Shown: piece by piece, positions 1-42,189 of the stretch
Position numbering within the stretch: position 1 is the stretch's first letter
Layout of the letters: every line of letters starts with the position of its first letter
From: Paragordius varius
Lineage: Eukaryota > Animalia > Nematomorpha
Reading direction: 5' to 3'
Length of the DNA: 64,000 bases
NCBI GenBank assembly: GCA_964247055.1
Contig: OZ176059.1
Coordinates: 3,100,001-3,164,000 of the forward strand
Program-made: the position numbers and the translations under genes
Notes under the pieces: generated by a model
Database searches by the model: none
The model's input: only the letters and a program-made list of their open reading frames with translations
Told to the model about the DNA's origin: nothing

Positions 1-39
1 AATTCATTTGAACGTAAATTTGATTTTTCAAGGGTGTAT

Positions 40-830
40 TTTAAACGGTAAATAACATAAGACAAAACTTGAATTATAAGTAACGAAGAAAAAAAACTTG
101 CCAATTATATATTTTTTGAAACCACATTGATCCTTAAATTAAATATTACAAATATTTACAAATTTAAAAAATTAATGAATTATTTTTTAATCTTCATCAC
201 TTATATAGTTGTTTCAACCTATTGCCGTAAGTTTTATTTAACGATTATTGATTTGTTTAAATGATTAGCATCTACTAAACCCTAGTTCTCAAGAGCGCTG
301 TATATACAAATTTAAGGGGGTAGGTGGTAAGAAAAATTTGGGAAATTCAAAAAGTACAACCAGAAATCAAATTGTAGGATTTCAGATGCAAATTATCTAG
401 ATTTATCAGTAGGAGAAAAAAATTTTTCAAAATTGCAAAGACAATCGTCTATTGATTGGGACGTTTCATAATATCATAATAAATTTTACATTTTACTTGG
501 AATTTTTAGAAGACAAGTCGTCGGTAAATGTACCGATAAACTTCCAGATGTATTCGACCTCTCCGATCGATACTTTTTCATATAAATTGTTAAACGTCTA
601 AATTGAAAAAAATCAATTTTTATCCATGTTAGCGTCAGATTTAGGTCTGACCTAGTAGGTCTTTGACCTGGTCGGCACAACCCTAGTACCAATAAATTAT
701 TTATTACATGCAAAAGCGAGCGCCTAGTATTAGATTTTTTAATGGAATTATCACATAATTGGGAAATAAAATTATAAAATATTAGTTTAATTCAATGTGT
801 TTTGGAGCGGTTCTAAAGGTTACACTTTCT
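40..830 (-). repeat. Inverted dispersed copy of the block-A repeat family (non-autonomous element of unknown class)
   Basis: ATGCAAAAGCGAGCGCCTAG (~708-727), GGTCTGACCTAGTAGGTCTTTGACC and AAATGTACCGATAAAC are reverse complements of block-A anchors. Another partial copy lies at ~51860-52200. Confidence 0.75.
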
Positions 831-877
831 AAAACATAAAAGCAAGTGAAATAACCAAGTGTTTCAATAACATTAAC

Positions 878-1553
878 ATTTCAAATTCACCCCCTTGAAC
901 AATTTAAATATATCCCCTAGAAAAATTCCAAAATTCAAATTAACCCTTGAACAATTATTCACCCCCGAACAATTTAAATTCACCTCCTTCAACAGTTTGA
1001 ATTCCCCCCTGAAAGATTCAAATTCACCCTTAAACATTTCAAATTCACTATCGAACAATTCATTCTTACCATCGAACAATTCATATTCATCTTTCAAAGA
1101 TTCGAATTCACCCTTGAACAATTCTAATTTACTCTGAACAATTCAAATAATTTCAAATTAACTTTTGAGCGATTCAACTTCCCTCTCGAGCGATTCAAAT
1201 TCGCCCCCTTGAACATTTCAAATTAACCTTGAACAATTCATATTTATCCATCTAAAAATATATTATGTGTTTTTATTAAATTAAATATTAAATCTTTTAA
1301 AATATTTTTTTAAAAAGAATTCTTTAAAATTAAAAAAAAATGGGAATAAAAGAATAATCAGTTATAATAGCTGCCCAAAATAACATAAAATTATTTTCGA
1401 GGGGTGATTGGAATTTATCAAGCGTGAATTTGAATTATATAAGGGTGAATTTGATTGTTTTAGGGTGAATTTATATTGTTCGAAGGTGAATTAGAATTGT
1501 TTAAGGGTAAATTTGAATTTTCTTCAGAGTGACAATTTGATATGTAAATGGTT
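878..1553. mobile_element. Degenerate copy of the foldback MITE family
   Basis: Diverged 21-bp units in both orientations; right end GTAAATGGT at ~1545-1553. Confidence 0.65.
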
Positions 1554-1977
1554 TACAAAAAATGATTACCTATTTTTTGATAAATATATTTTTACATTCA
1601 ACAATTTCATAAGTTAATTTTTTAGATAACATTAAAATATAAATATTTTAGATTCAAATTTCATCAAAAAGCACGCGTATTTTTTTAATATTAAAACATT
1701 ATCTAATTGCTTAAAATTAATTATATATCTTTTTGAGTTTAATCAAAATTTTTATAAATTAAACATTTATAAATTATTTAACAATGATTGTATAAAAATA
1801 TAATTTTTTTAATAGCACATAAACACTTTAACTTAATATTTTATCATTATAGTATATTTTAATAAATAGATATTTAAATCAGATTTAAATAAAAATGTAA
1901 AATATATAATTCAAATAAAAACATCAACTGTTAATCATTGAAAACCACGTTTAATGTTCGGTCCGAATTGAGTCGAG

Positions 1978-13153
<11,176 letters not shown>

Positions 13154-13360
13154 AATATCAGCTGATATGAACCAAAAATCAGCTGATTCACAAAAAATGG
13201 CGCGAAAATACTTTTTACCCGAAGAAAAACGGCCAATTTTTATTGATATTTGAATATTTCATTTTTGCTTAATTTTTTCATATATTTCAATTATATTTTG
13301 TTTTGTCAATTTTATCATTTTTATGATTATTTCATGATGAATATTATCAATAAATTTTAA

Positions 13361-15070
<1,710 letters not shown>

Positions 15071-15169
15071 GATATTTTGATATATTCACATACCCGGCGC
15101 ATCCAGGAAGGAAATCAAAGGACTTAACTCCTGTCGTCAATAATTATTTACCTTTACAAACAGTCGCCT

Positions 15170-15285
15170 TAGTATCCTGTCCAGTTGATGGTTGTGTGCA
15201 GTTAGGTTTTCAAACGAAAAGAATATGAAAAGACATGCTACGTACGGTCTTTCATATGGCGGCCAAGGAAAGGGGCAAGAACTTT
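15170..15285 (+). pseudogene. Frameshifted C2H2 zinc-finger-like coding relic
   Basis: SCPVDGCVQ / RFSNEKNMKRHATYG across one frameshift gives Cx4C...FxxxxxMxxH spacing. Confidence 0.35.
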
Positions 15286-15677
15286 ATTTTAATTTATTTT
15301 ATATAAATATAGTTATATTTTTTTATTTAATTTTATTTTATATAAATATAGTTATATTTTATTTTATTTAATTTTAATTTATTTTATTTATATAAATATA
15401 GTTATATTTTTTTATTTAATTTTATTATATTATATTTTATATAAATATAGTTATATTTTATTTTAATTTATTTTTTTTTGTTTTATTTTAATTTATTTTA
15501 TTTTATAAAAATATAATTATCTTTTATTTTAATTTATTTTATATAAATATAGTTATACTTTATTTTATTTAATTTTATTTTTTCTGGCCGCTCCAAATCC
15601 GACAAGACTCTAAGGTGGCTGGCTTATAAGCTACCAAAACAATGTCCATGGAAAATATCTAGGTCATCATAATAGTA

Positions 15678-16211
15678 TACCATTTACAGTTCAAATTCAC
15701 CCTTGAACGATTCAAATTCACCCCCTTGAACAATTCAAATTCACCCTCGAACAATTCAAATTCACCCTCGAACAATTCAAATTCACCCTCGAACAATTCA
15801 AATTCACCCTTGAACAATTCAAATTCACCCTCGAACAATTCAAATTCAACCTTGAACAATTCAAATTCACCCTTGAACAATTCAAATTCACCCTTAAACA
15901 ATTCAAATTCACCCTTAAACAATTCAAATTCACCCTCGAACAATTCAAATTCACCCTTGAACAATTCAAATTCACCCTCGAACAATTCAAATTCAACCTT
16001 GAACAATTCAAATTCACCCTTGAACAATTCAAATTCACCCTCGAACAATTCAAATTCAACCTTGAACAATTCAAATTCACCCTTGAACAATTCAAATTCA
16101 CCCTTGAACAATTCAAATTCACCCTTGAACAATTCAAATTCACACTTGAACAATTCAAATTCACCCTTAAACAATTCAAATTCACCCTCGAACGATTCAA
16201 ATTCACCCTAA
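15678..16211. repeat. Expanded single arm of the MITE: ~25 tandem 21-bp units
   Basis: Begins with the TIR TACCATTTACAG, followed by near-perfect CCTYGAACAATTCAAATTCAC repeats; no matching right arm. Explains the spurious ORFs 15659-16211. Confidence 0.9.
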
Positions 16212-16929
16212 ATATAAATTATGTGTTTTTTAACTCCCCAGCAAAAACCTTTCTCCACACGTGGAAAGAAAGCCTTTCAAACATATGTGTGATGGTGATT
16301 AAAATAATAATTTGTATTCTCGTAAAATTTATTGAATTCAAACTATATGTGCAAAATTTTCGATACATGAGAGAGTATCTTTTTTTCAATGGATTAACTA
16401 AAAAAAAAGAAAATAAAATAATCATAATAAGATTAATTAAAAACAAAATTTGAAAAATATAATGAGTTCATGTATGTCCGATAGGAGGATACAAGGGTAT
16501 CGAACAGGCACCTACAAGGGTATTGAAAATCATCATCATGTTATTACTCGAAACATGATATGTCGCTTAGAGCCTGGATCAAGATGTGGGAAGAGGTAGA
16601 GGGAGAACCTTGAACATAAATGACGAAGCTTAAAAAATCCGTACTACGGTCGAGAGGGCTCGCGAACTAAAAAAAAACCTTTCTACAGATATTTATTTCT
16701 ATATTGAATGGATAAAAACAATTATAAAATTTACAAAAATAATATAAAAAGGTGAGCGCTTCTCATAATCGACAGCAGGTTGGAAAGTTACAGTTAGTAG
16801 TATTGTGGTATCTGATTGTTAAGTTTTTTTGGACTGATTGTGTCTTCAGAGTTACCCAAAGGATAATTTTTACAGATTTTTTCGATATTTTATTATTATA
16901 ATAGATTATATCAATATATTTTCAGAATT

Positions 16930-17515
16930 TTAATTTTTCAGAATTTTATTCTAATCCTCAGTTTCCATGTTTTTAATAAAATTATATAAAATATTTCAAA
17001 TTCTTGAATTATTTATTATTTAAAATCAAATTTAAAATCACCAACAATTGCAGTAATATGATTTATAATTTTTTGGTAAACAGCCGATCAGATATAATTT
17101 ATATATGTATATATATTTAAATTTAAATTATTTATTAATTTTCCATTTCGGATTCATCAACAATTTTGATTTAAGATTTTTTATAATTTTTTTTAAAAAA
17201 CAGCTGATCATATATTATCCCAATTAATTATTATTATATATATATATATATATTATTATATTTTGAAAAAATTAATTAAAATATTAATATCAAAAAATTA
17301 ATTTTCCATATTAGATTCCTCAACAAATACTGCTTTCAGTTTAAGAATTTTTACTAAAAACAGCTGTTCAAATGTAATTCAAAATATATATATATATTAT
17401 ATAATTATTTATTATTTTCAAATTCAAAAGTATTTATTAATCTTTTTTTTAAAATAAATTTATTAATTTTCCATTTTAGATTCCTCAACAATTCAAGCTT
17501 TGAGTTTAAGATTTT
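16930..17515 (-). pseudogene. Copies of the 3' end of RPL5 exon 7 including the stop (~17463-17510, ~17298-17348, ~17135-17185, fainter at ~17030 and ~16950)
   Basis: TTAATTTTCCATTTTAGATTCCTCAACAA repeats that become less similar with distance from 17644. Confidence 0.85.
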
Positions 17516-17643
17516 TAATAATTTTTTTTAAAAACAGCTGATCTGATATATTTCCAATTAATTATCAATATATAAATATTTATTAATTCATAAATTATTT
17601 TATAAATTTAATTAAATTTATTTAATTTCCAAAAAATTATTTA

Positions 17644-31914
<14,271 letters not shown>

Positions 31915-31925
<11 letters not shown>

Positions 31926-34900
31926 TTGAATATAAAAGGTACAACTCAAGGAAGTTATCGACTACAAACACTAAAGAGTGAGGTATGATATATAAATTTA
32001 ATTTAATTTAGAAATTTATTTAATAGCTAGTTTTATATATCCCAAAGCGATTTAAAATTTTAATATCTAAAAACGAATTTAAGGTAATAATTATATTTTA
32101 ATTAAAATAACTTTTAAAAAGTTTGTTTAATTACAAAATTGAACTATGAGATATAAGGTTACGTCAAAGGAGGGAAAACGAGTAAAAAGGTAATATAAAA
32201 TTGAAACTCATTACACTTTTTTTACTACAATGACTTTTTCTATGTGTTTTAATGCTTATAGATAATTAGTAGTTTTAAAGTTGTTTTAATTAACACTTTA
32301 TTACCTATTCACTTGAGCTTATGCTTGTCTAATTATAAAATTGTTGTTTTATTAAAAATCTTATTCCATTTTATTTTGTTCACGATGACTATTTTTAATT
32401 CCGCGGAGCTTATGCATATGTTAATAAACTACTGAATAACACTCCAAAAACTTAAAACAATTTTATTATCCTAGTTACATATTGGGGTAGTTTTTATTTT
32501 CCAGAGTTGAATCATACTACTGCTTAAATCATTTTAGTTAACACTTATCACCTTTAATTTTATGCCCAAATTTAACTTTTGTGGTGGTACCGGAATGATT
32601 TTAAATTATTTCTTGAATTTATTAGAAGGTAATGATCAAATTTTACCTAAAATAATTTTTAAAAAGTTAGTTTATTGCAAAATTGAATCTGGAACATCTT
32701 TCAAATAAAAAGATATGAAGTATAGACACTCTTTTATTTTGTATACAATGACATTAACTATTTTTTACCAGTGCATATACTTCGTAAACTAAGATTTTTA
32801 CTGTTGCATTTTTATAATTTATTTAACAAATTCTTTCCTGTGATTAGAGAAATATGCTTATGTTTTTTTCACTTTTTGATAGAAACTGAAATTGAAATAA
32901 ACCAAAAAACACTATTTAATCTAACTAATATTTGAGAAAGTTATTTTTCAAATATGTGTGTTGCATTAAAAATCTCAACACTTGATCACGTTTCTAATCT
33001 TTTTTGTAATATACCTTTTGGGTTAATTTGTTTTGGAGAGCTTATGGTCTTAATTAAAATACCAGTTTGACAACTGTAGTTATAATTTAATTATCAAACA
33101 TTGCTCTTGTGTAAAAATTAGATAAAAAAGTTTATATTTTTTACAGTTTTGGGACTTCTAGAATCTAAAATTAGGAGATTCCAAAACACGATATAATCTT
33201 ACTAATATTTGAGAAAATCTTTTCCCAATTATGTTATAATTGCATCAAATTTAATACTTAATCACGTTTCTACTCTTTTTTCTAATTAATACTTTTAGGG
33301 GTAAAATTATATCCAGCGTATTGTTTTAAAAAAATTACTGGTTTCGCTGTTGTATTAAAGTTTGATTATCAAACATTGTGCGCTGTATTATATCGAAAAA
33401 CTTGGTTAGAGAGTCTAACTTTTAGAGCCGCTCTAAAACACATGGATTATTATTTTTATAAATATTTCTCAATCATGTTATAATTGCATTAAAAAGTCTT
33501 ATACTAGGCGCTCGCTTTTGCATTTTATATATAAATTACATTTTTTGGTGATAACTGGGTTTATATCGACCAGGTCAAAGACCTACTAGGTTAGACCTAA
33601 GTCTGATTCTAATATAGATAAAAAATGGTTTTTTCTAATTTAGACGTTTAACAATTTATATGAAAAAGTATCGTTCAGAGAGGTCGAACACATCTGGAAG
33701 TTTATCGGTACATTTAACTACTATCAAGACCTATTTTCTTTGATCCGAAGAATAACAGTAAAAATTTAAATTATACAGACAAAACCTAAAAATATAAACA
33801 AATGTTTTTTTTTCTAAAAAACCAAAATGTTTTTTTTTCAAAAAAGACCACCATACTTTTTTTAAACTACACTTTTAAAAAGTGGTTACACAATCAATTA
33901 TATATTTAAAATTTGTATTTATATAATTTATATGAGAATAATTAAAATTTAAAAGTATAGACTTGCCTTTTAGCAAAAATATTTGTCTTTATATTTTTAC
34001 TTTTTTTTCGGTATATTTCAATTTTTACTGTATTTTCAGACCCGCTTCAATTAGTACAGATGAAAAAAGTTTTCTACAAAAAGAAATCTACATAATTCCT
34101 ACAAAAACTGTTTAGATCAGTAATTCCCAGCCTTTTTTTTATACGCCCCACCAAATAGAAAATAAAAAATTTTGTCCCCCCTAAAAAAAATATAAGTAAA
34201 TGTGAAATTCATTATTATAATGTTATAAATATCTTTCAATCAATCAATGATATCTTTGTATTTGCAATTTTAAAATATTTTTTCATTTCGCTATAAATTT
34301 TGATAATTTGAACGTGAAATACTTCCATTTGTTTTTTTACTTTATTTTTTAATTAAATTCTCCAAATTTTTCGCACTGCCCTCCCTTAAATTTTTCTATG
34401 CCCCATTCATAAGAACCACTGGCTTACATAATCATCGTTTTATCAAATATATGTTGGAACAACTATAGAAGTGATACAGATGAAACAATAATCCATTGAT
34501 TTATTTAAATTTGTAAATATTTGTTAAAAAATATATAATTGGCAACTTTTTTCTTTCATAATTTAAGTTTTGTTTTCTATCATTTACAGTTCAAATTCAC
34601 CCTTAAACTATTAAAATTCACGCTAAAATAAATTATGTGTTTTTTAAGATTAAAAATTACATTTATTTTATATTAAAAAATGAAACTACATTAAATTATA
34701 CCATAAAAATATATTTAATAATGAGTTATATTAAGCCCGAAAACACAATTTATTTTTAGTTGAATTCGAATTGTTCAAGGGTGAATTAGAATTGTTTAAG
34801 GGAATGAATTTGAATTGCTTAAGGGGGGTGAATTTTAATTGTTCTAGGGTGAATTTAATTTGTTCAAGGGTGAATTTAATTTGTTCAAGGGTGAATTAGA

Positions 34901-37900
34901 ATTGTTTAAGGGAATGAATTTGAATTGTTTAAGGGGGGTGAATTTTAATTGTTCTAGGGTGAATTTGAATTGTAAATGGTATATATATAACAAATTAAAT
35001 GCCAAATCTATAGATATGAATTAAAACTTGCAATAATGCCTTATGTATGATTCTATGTAGGATCATAAATTGTAATTTAAAAGTTTTACAGTGGTTGAAA
35101 TTACACGGATAAAACGTAAAAAAAATAGAAACAATTATTTTTTTCAAAAAACAACCATACTTTTTTAAACCATAATTTTTCTCATATAAATTATATAACT
35201 AAAATTGTAAAATATATAATTGATTGTTTTACCGATCTACATATCGTTTTCATATTTTGCAGTTTTACACAATAGATAATTTAAAAAAATCAAGATTGAT
35301 AAAGGATGTTTTTTTAGAAAAAAATATTTGTCCTTATTTTTTTACGTTTTGTCCGTATATACTATCAAAATTTACTGTAAATGATCAGGGTATAGGTAAT
35401 CGTATACTTGTTCAAATATATTTTTTATCGAGAAATATTTTTTAAAACTATCTATAAATATTTATGATTGCAGAATTTATTTTTAAAAGATTAACGCTTG
35501 AACTAAAATAAGTTCAACCTAAGTTTCCCAAATATTTTTTTAAAAAAAGGGGGGGGGGGGAAATGAATAAGATTTATTTTTAAATAGTTTATCGACTTAA
35601 TTAAGTATTTGTTTTGAAATTTACCCTTTTACAGTAATTGAAACTATATAAACATAAAGACAAATATTTTTTTTTAAAATACAACATTTTTTGTTGATTT
35701 TACTAAAATATTACTAACTAATTGTTTTAAACTGCAAAATAAAAAATAGAAATGTAAATTGGTAGCACAATCAATTATATACTTAAACGTTGTAATTTAA
35801 TATATTTTATGGCAAAAATTAAAGTTTCCCAAAAAGTATGGGTTTATTGACTTTTGAAAAAATTTTATTTTTATATTTTTAAGTTTTGTCTATTAATGTA
35901 TTTTTTATTCGCCATTCCCCTTGTTCTCTAAAGAAAATTTTTATTTTTAACGTTTTTTTCTAAACATTATACATTTAAATTCTGACTATATTTAACACTG
36001 CCTAGGTAATCCTATATCCAAGAGCAAAATTCGAATATCTTATGAAGTATTTAAGGTATTAAACCGAATTTAAAAATATGCTTTCTTATGTCTTTTATGC
36101 ACATTATAAAAAAAATGATTTTGTAAATAAAACCCTTATCAAAAACTTTAATGCCGCCATTCAACAGCAAATGAATGTATATTATGTGAAAATGAAAAAA
36201 AATTAACTTTTAAAAGCATTAAACTACATTTTATCAGCAAAACCTTAATATATTTTCATTTTAATATCAGCTGTTCGTTCAATCGTGTTTTGGAGCTGCC
36301 CCAATTTTATACTCTAGAAGCCACAAAACTATAAAAAATATAAGCTTTTTATTTTTTTATACAGGAAAACCACGTTTCTTGATTTAAAAAGTATGACTTT
36401 TAGATAAAAATATTTGTCTTTAGATTTTCACGTTTTGTCCGTATAATTTCAATTTTTAATGTATTTTAATGTTGGTTGTTGTTTATTCTTCTTGAATTCA
36501 ATAAATAAATGCTTATATTTTTAACAGTTTTTTGTCTAGAGGCTGAAATTGGGATAGCTCCAACACGCGATTAAATTCTATTAATATTTAACCCAATTAT
36601 GTAATAATTCCATCAAAAATCTTAACACTTCATCACGTTTTTAATATTTTTCCAATTTACCTTCAGGGTAATTTATCTCCCAAAGCCTATTGTCTTATGT
36701 TAACTACTAGTTTCAAAATTCTTGTTTTATTGAACTTTGATTATCAAACATTGTACGCTGTATTATATCGAAAAACTTGGTTATTTTACTGGCTTTTAGC
36801 TTTTAGAGAGTCTAACTTTTAGAGCCGCTCTAAAACACAAGAAATATTATTTTTATAAATATTTCTCAATCATGTTATAATTGCATTAAAAAAACTTATA
36901 CTAGGCGCTCCTTTTGCATTTTATATATATATAAAATATATATATATAAATTACTTTTTTTGTACTAGGGTTGTGCTGACCAAGTTAAAGACCTTGGTCA
37001 GACCTAAGTCTGACTCTAATATAGATAAAAAATTGTTTTTTTTAAATTTAGACGTTTAACAATTTATATAAAAAAGAATCATTAGGAGAGGTGGAATAAA
37101 ACTAAGGGTATATCGGTACATTTACCGACTATCTAGACTTGTCTTCACTAATCCGGAGAAATACAGAAAAAATTTAAATTATACAGACAAAACTTAAAAA
37201 TATAAACAAATGTTTTTTTTCTAAAAAACCAAAATGTTTTTTTTTCAAAAAAGACCACCATACATTTTTAAATTACATTTTTAAAAAGTGGTTACACAAT
37301 CAATTATATATTTAAAATTTGTATTTATATTATTTATATGAGCATAATTAAAATTTAAAAGTATAGACTTGCCTTTTAGAAAAAATATTTGTCTTTATAT
37401 TTTTACTTTTTTTCTCGGTATATTTCAATTTTTACTGTGTTTTCAGACCCGCTTCAATTAGTACAGATGAAAAAAGTTTTCTACAAAGAGAAATCTACAT
37501 AATTCCTACAAAAACTGTTTAGATCAGTAATTTCCAACCTTTTTATAGACGCCCCACCGAATTACAAATTCTTGCGCACTCCTCTCTCAAAAAAATCAAG
37601 TAAAAAATGTTAAATTAATTATTACTAAAAACTCTCAATCAATGAGATCATTGTATTAACAATCTTGAAATATTTTTTCATATCGGTGACAAATCTCGAT
37701 AATTGGCATCTGAGATTCTTCAATTTGTTTTTTGGTTTATTTTTTCAATAAATTCTTTAAATTTTTCGCCCCCCCCCCCCCAAACCTTAGATTTTTCTAC
37801 GCCTTCCTGTTGAGAACTACTGGTTTAAGTGATAATCGTTTAAACAAATAAATGACCGTTAAATAAAACTTACAGCATTATGTTGAAACAACTATAGAAG

Positions 37901-40900
37901 TGATATGTGGTTTCAAAAAAGATATAATTGGCAATTTTTTTCTTTCATAATTTAAGTTTTGTTTTCTATCATTTACAGTTCAAATTCACCCTTAAACTAT
38001 TAAAATTCACGCTAAAATAAATTATATGTTTTTTAAGATTAAAAATTACATTTATTTTATATTAAAAAATGGAACTACATTAATTTATACCATAAAAATA
38101 TATTTAATAATGAGTTATATTAGCCCGAAACAATTTATTTTTAGTTGAATTCGAATTGTTCAAAGGTGAATTAGAATTGTTTAAGGGAATGAATTTGAAT
38201 TGTTTAAGGGGGGTGAATTTTAATTGTTCAAGGGTAAAGTTGAAGTGTTCTAGGGTGAATTTAATTTGTTCAAGGGTGAATTTAATTTGTAGGGTGAATT
38301 AGAATTGTTTAAGGGAATGAATTTGAATTGTTTAAGGGGGGTGAATTTTAATTGTTCTAGGGTGAATAATTGTAAATGGTATATATATAACAAATTAAAT
38401 GCCAAGTCTATAGATATGAATTAAAACTTGCAATAATGCCTTATGTATGATTCTATGTAGGATCATAAATTGTAATTTAAAAGTTTTACAGTGGTTGAAA
38501 TTACACGGATAAAACGTAAAAAAAATAGAAACAAAATTTTTTTCAAATGACAACCATACTTTTTTAAACCATAATTTTTCTCATATAAATTATATGACTA
38601 AAATTGTAAAATATATAATTGATTGTTTTACCGATCTACATATCGTTTTCATATATTTTACATAAAACAGAGGATAATTCAAAAAAATCAAGAATGATAA
38701 AGGATGTTTTTTAGAAAAAAATATTTGTCCTTATTTTTTTACGTTTTGTCCGTATATAATATCAAAATTTACTGTAAATGATCAGGGTATAGGTAATCGT
38801 ATACTTGTAAATATATTTTTTATCAAAAAAATATTTTTTTTTAAAACTATTTATAATTATTTATGATTGCAGAATTTATTTTTAAAAGACTAACGCTTGA
38901 ACTAAAATAAGTTCGATCTAGGTTTCCCAAACATTTTTTTAAAAAAGGGGGGGGGGGGGTCAAAATGACGAATGACTAATGAATAGGATCATTAAATAGT
39001 TTATCGACTTAATTAAGTATTTGTTTTGAAATTTAACCTTTTAAAGTAAAAATTGAAATTATATAAACATAAAGACAAATATTTTTTTCTAAAATACAAC
39101 CTTTTTCGTTGATTTTGTTAAAATATAACTAACTAATTGTTTTAAACTGTAAAATAAAAAGTAGAAATGTAAATTGGTAGCACAATCTATTATATACTTT
39201 AGGATGTAATCAATATATTTTATGGCAAAAATTAAAGTTTCCCAAAAAGTATGGGTTTATTGACTTTTGAAAAAATTTTATTTTTATATTTTTAAGTTTT
39301 GTCTATTAATGTATTTTTATTCTTCATTCCCCTTGTTATCTAAAGAAAATTTTTTAGTGGTTTGTCTTTTTAACGTTTTTTCCAAACATTAAACATTTAA
39401 ATTCTGACTATATTTAACACTGCTTAGGTAGTCCTATATCCAAGAGTAAAATTCGAATATCCTATGAAGTATTTAAGGTATTAAACCGAATTTAAAAATA
39501 TGCTTTCTTTATTCTTTTATGCACATTATTAAAAAATGATTTTGTAAATAAAACCTTATCAAAATCTTAAATGCCGTCATTCAACAGCAAATGAATGTAT
39601 ATTATGTGAAAATAAAAAAAATTAAAACTTTTAAAAGCATTAAACTACATTTTATCAGCAAAAACTTAATATATTTTCATTTTAATATCAGCTGTTCGTT
39701 CAATCGTGTTTTGGAGCTGCCCCAATTTTATACTCTAGAACTAACAAAACTATAAAAAATATAAGCTTTTTATTTTTTTATACAGGAAAACCACGTTTGA
39801 TAATTAAATTTTAACTAAAATACCTTTCAAAAGCTTACTTTTTATTTACGTAATTGCGCTCTGGTATATAAAATTACCACAAAAGGTTAACTAAAACAAA
39901 TGAGAAAAGTGAAAAGGTAATATGTTTTAAATAAAAATTTTGGATATAGTTTAATTTTAATAAATTTTACGAGAATTAAATTTATAATATTAACATAAAA
40001 TATTCGTTCTCGTAATATTAAAATAATATACAGTATAGAATTTCTATTTTTTCCGAATTTCTTAAAGAGTTAGGATACTTAAATTGTATTCGGGACTTGT
40101 TCAGTCTTTAAAACTCGCTTGCCTGCCTTAACTAAAATAACTTTCAAAAGCTAGCTTTATTTACAAAATTGTGCTCTGATATATAAAAGTACCATATATA
40201 TTAAAACAAAAAAATGAAAAGGTAATAAGTTTTAAATCTAAAAGTATTTTAGAATTTCGTTTTTTTCCAAATTTCTTAAAGATTTGAATACTTAAATTGT
40301 ATTCGGGACTTCTGAAGGCTTTAAAACTCGCTTGTCTGCCGTGGGCTAATTGATAGTTATGATAAAAAAATGCGTAGTTTTAAGTTCAAACTCAAGCATG
40401 CAGTTTAACAGTTCAGTCTCCTACCTATTATATACCATTTCGCCTTAATAAGTGTTAACTACACTGATAAAATACGTAATTAATTTTGATATTACAGAAA
40501 AACTCTAGCAAAATTACTATTTAAATAAAAGGTTACAAATCGGGAAAATACAAACACTAAAAAGTGAGGTATGATCTATTTATATTTAAGTTAAATTTAA
40601 TTTAAAAATTTAAAAAGTTTTTTACAACAATTATTTAATATATTTTACCTTTTAGTGTAATTTTATCTCCTAAAATGATTTAAAATTTAAACATCTTATC
40701 AAAGATTCAAGTTTTTATATTTTAAAATAATAATTTGTATTCTCGTAAAATTTATTGAATTCAAACTATATCCAAAATTTTCGATACATGAGAGTATCTT
40801 TTTCAATGGATTAACTAAAATAAAAGAAAATTAATAAGATTAAAAGTACCTTTCAAAAAAATTAGTTTGATTACAAAATCAAATTATGAGATATAAAAAT

Positions 40901-42152
40901 TCACCAAAAAAGAGTATAATGGTAATGAAATGTTAAAATTCATCATTTTGATGCATTTTTATGTGTATAGTTGTATAAAATTAGTTTAAGATGTTTTAAT
41001 TAACACTTTTTAACAATTCTTTTTTATGTTTATTGGGGGACCTAGATCCTGAGCTTATACTTGATTGTTATAGCTTAATATTATTGTTGGTTGTTTTAAA
41101 ATTTTATAATATTTTGATTTGTAGGGGACTTTCTTAAAGTTTTAATTAACGAAACACGCCGAAAACTTTAAAAAATAGTTACATATTGGGGTGTTATTAT
41201 TATTACACAGAGTTCAATTTTCAATTAAACTACTAATTTTTATATTGTTTTAATTATCACTTGTTTAAATTAAATTTTGAGCACGATGAGATCATACAAA
41301 TATTTTTTACACCTACAACTTAGTCTTGTATAATTAACACTTTATTCGAATTTATCGTTTGTGGTGGTATCGGAAATTAAAAATTTAACTTTCTTTGAAA
41401 TTTTTAGAAGTTAATTATTACATTTTACCTAAAATAATTTTCAAAAAAGTTAGTTTATTGCAAAATTGAATTCTGTAACATGATTCAAATGAACAAATAA
41501 TGAAGTATATAGTTAATTTACAAGTAAATAAAAATATTGACAAAATATCATTGTATACAAAATAAAATGCAACGAGAATTCCAAAAAGTTTAAAAAATAC
41601 TCAAAAATATGAACAAAATTCAAAAATTATTATAAAAATATCATTTTTCAACAAAAATAATCTTAAAATTATCCCAGTTTTAGAGTTGTACTTATATTTA
41701 TATATTAATTGACAACCTTTGAGTTTCTGTAATAGATGAAAAAGTTTATATTTTTTACAGTTTTTGGGACGTCTAGAATCTAAAATTGACCAATTTCAAG
41801 TCGCATATAATCTTACCAATATTTGAGAAGGTTAATTTTAACACTTCCTCTCGCGTTTTTAAACTTTTTCCTAATTTTATAATTTTAGGGGTAAAATTAT
41901 ATCCCAAAGCGTATAGTTTTAAGTAACTACTGGTTTCGCTGTTGTATTTAAAATTTGATTATCAAACATTGTGCCCTGTATTATATCGAAAAACTTGGTT
42001 ATTTTACTGGCTTTTAGCTTTTAGAGAGTCTAACTTTTAGAACCACTCCAAAACACATTGAATTAAACTAATATTTAATATTTAATAAATAATTTTATTT
42101 CCCAATTATCTGATAATTCCATTTAAAATCTTAAGCTAGGCGCTCGCTTTTG

Positions 42153-42189
<37 letters not shown>

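Noticed and set aside
15659-16211. Long ORFs (FKGEFEL / SRVNLNC / NNSNSPL repeats), also at 873-1137, 49182-49427, 51441-51760 and others
   Set aside because: They are translations of the 21-bp MITE repeat, which lacks stops in several frames.
31926-31990. TCT/5'TOP promoter motif or trans-splice acceptor upstream of the RPL5 ATG
   Set aside because: Pyrimidine runs (CTCTTTAG, CTTCCTT, CCTTTT) are present but too short and too common here to call without TSS data.
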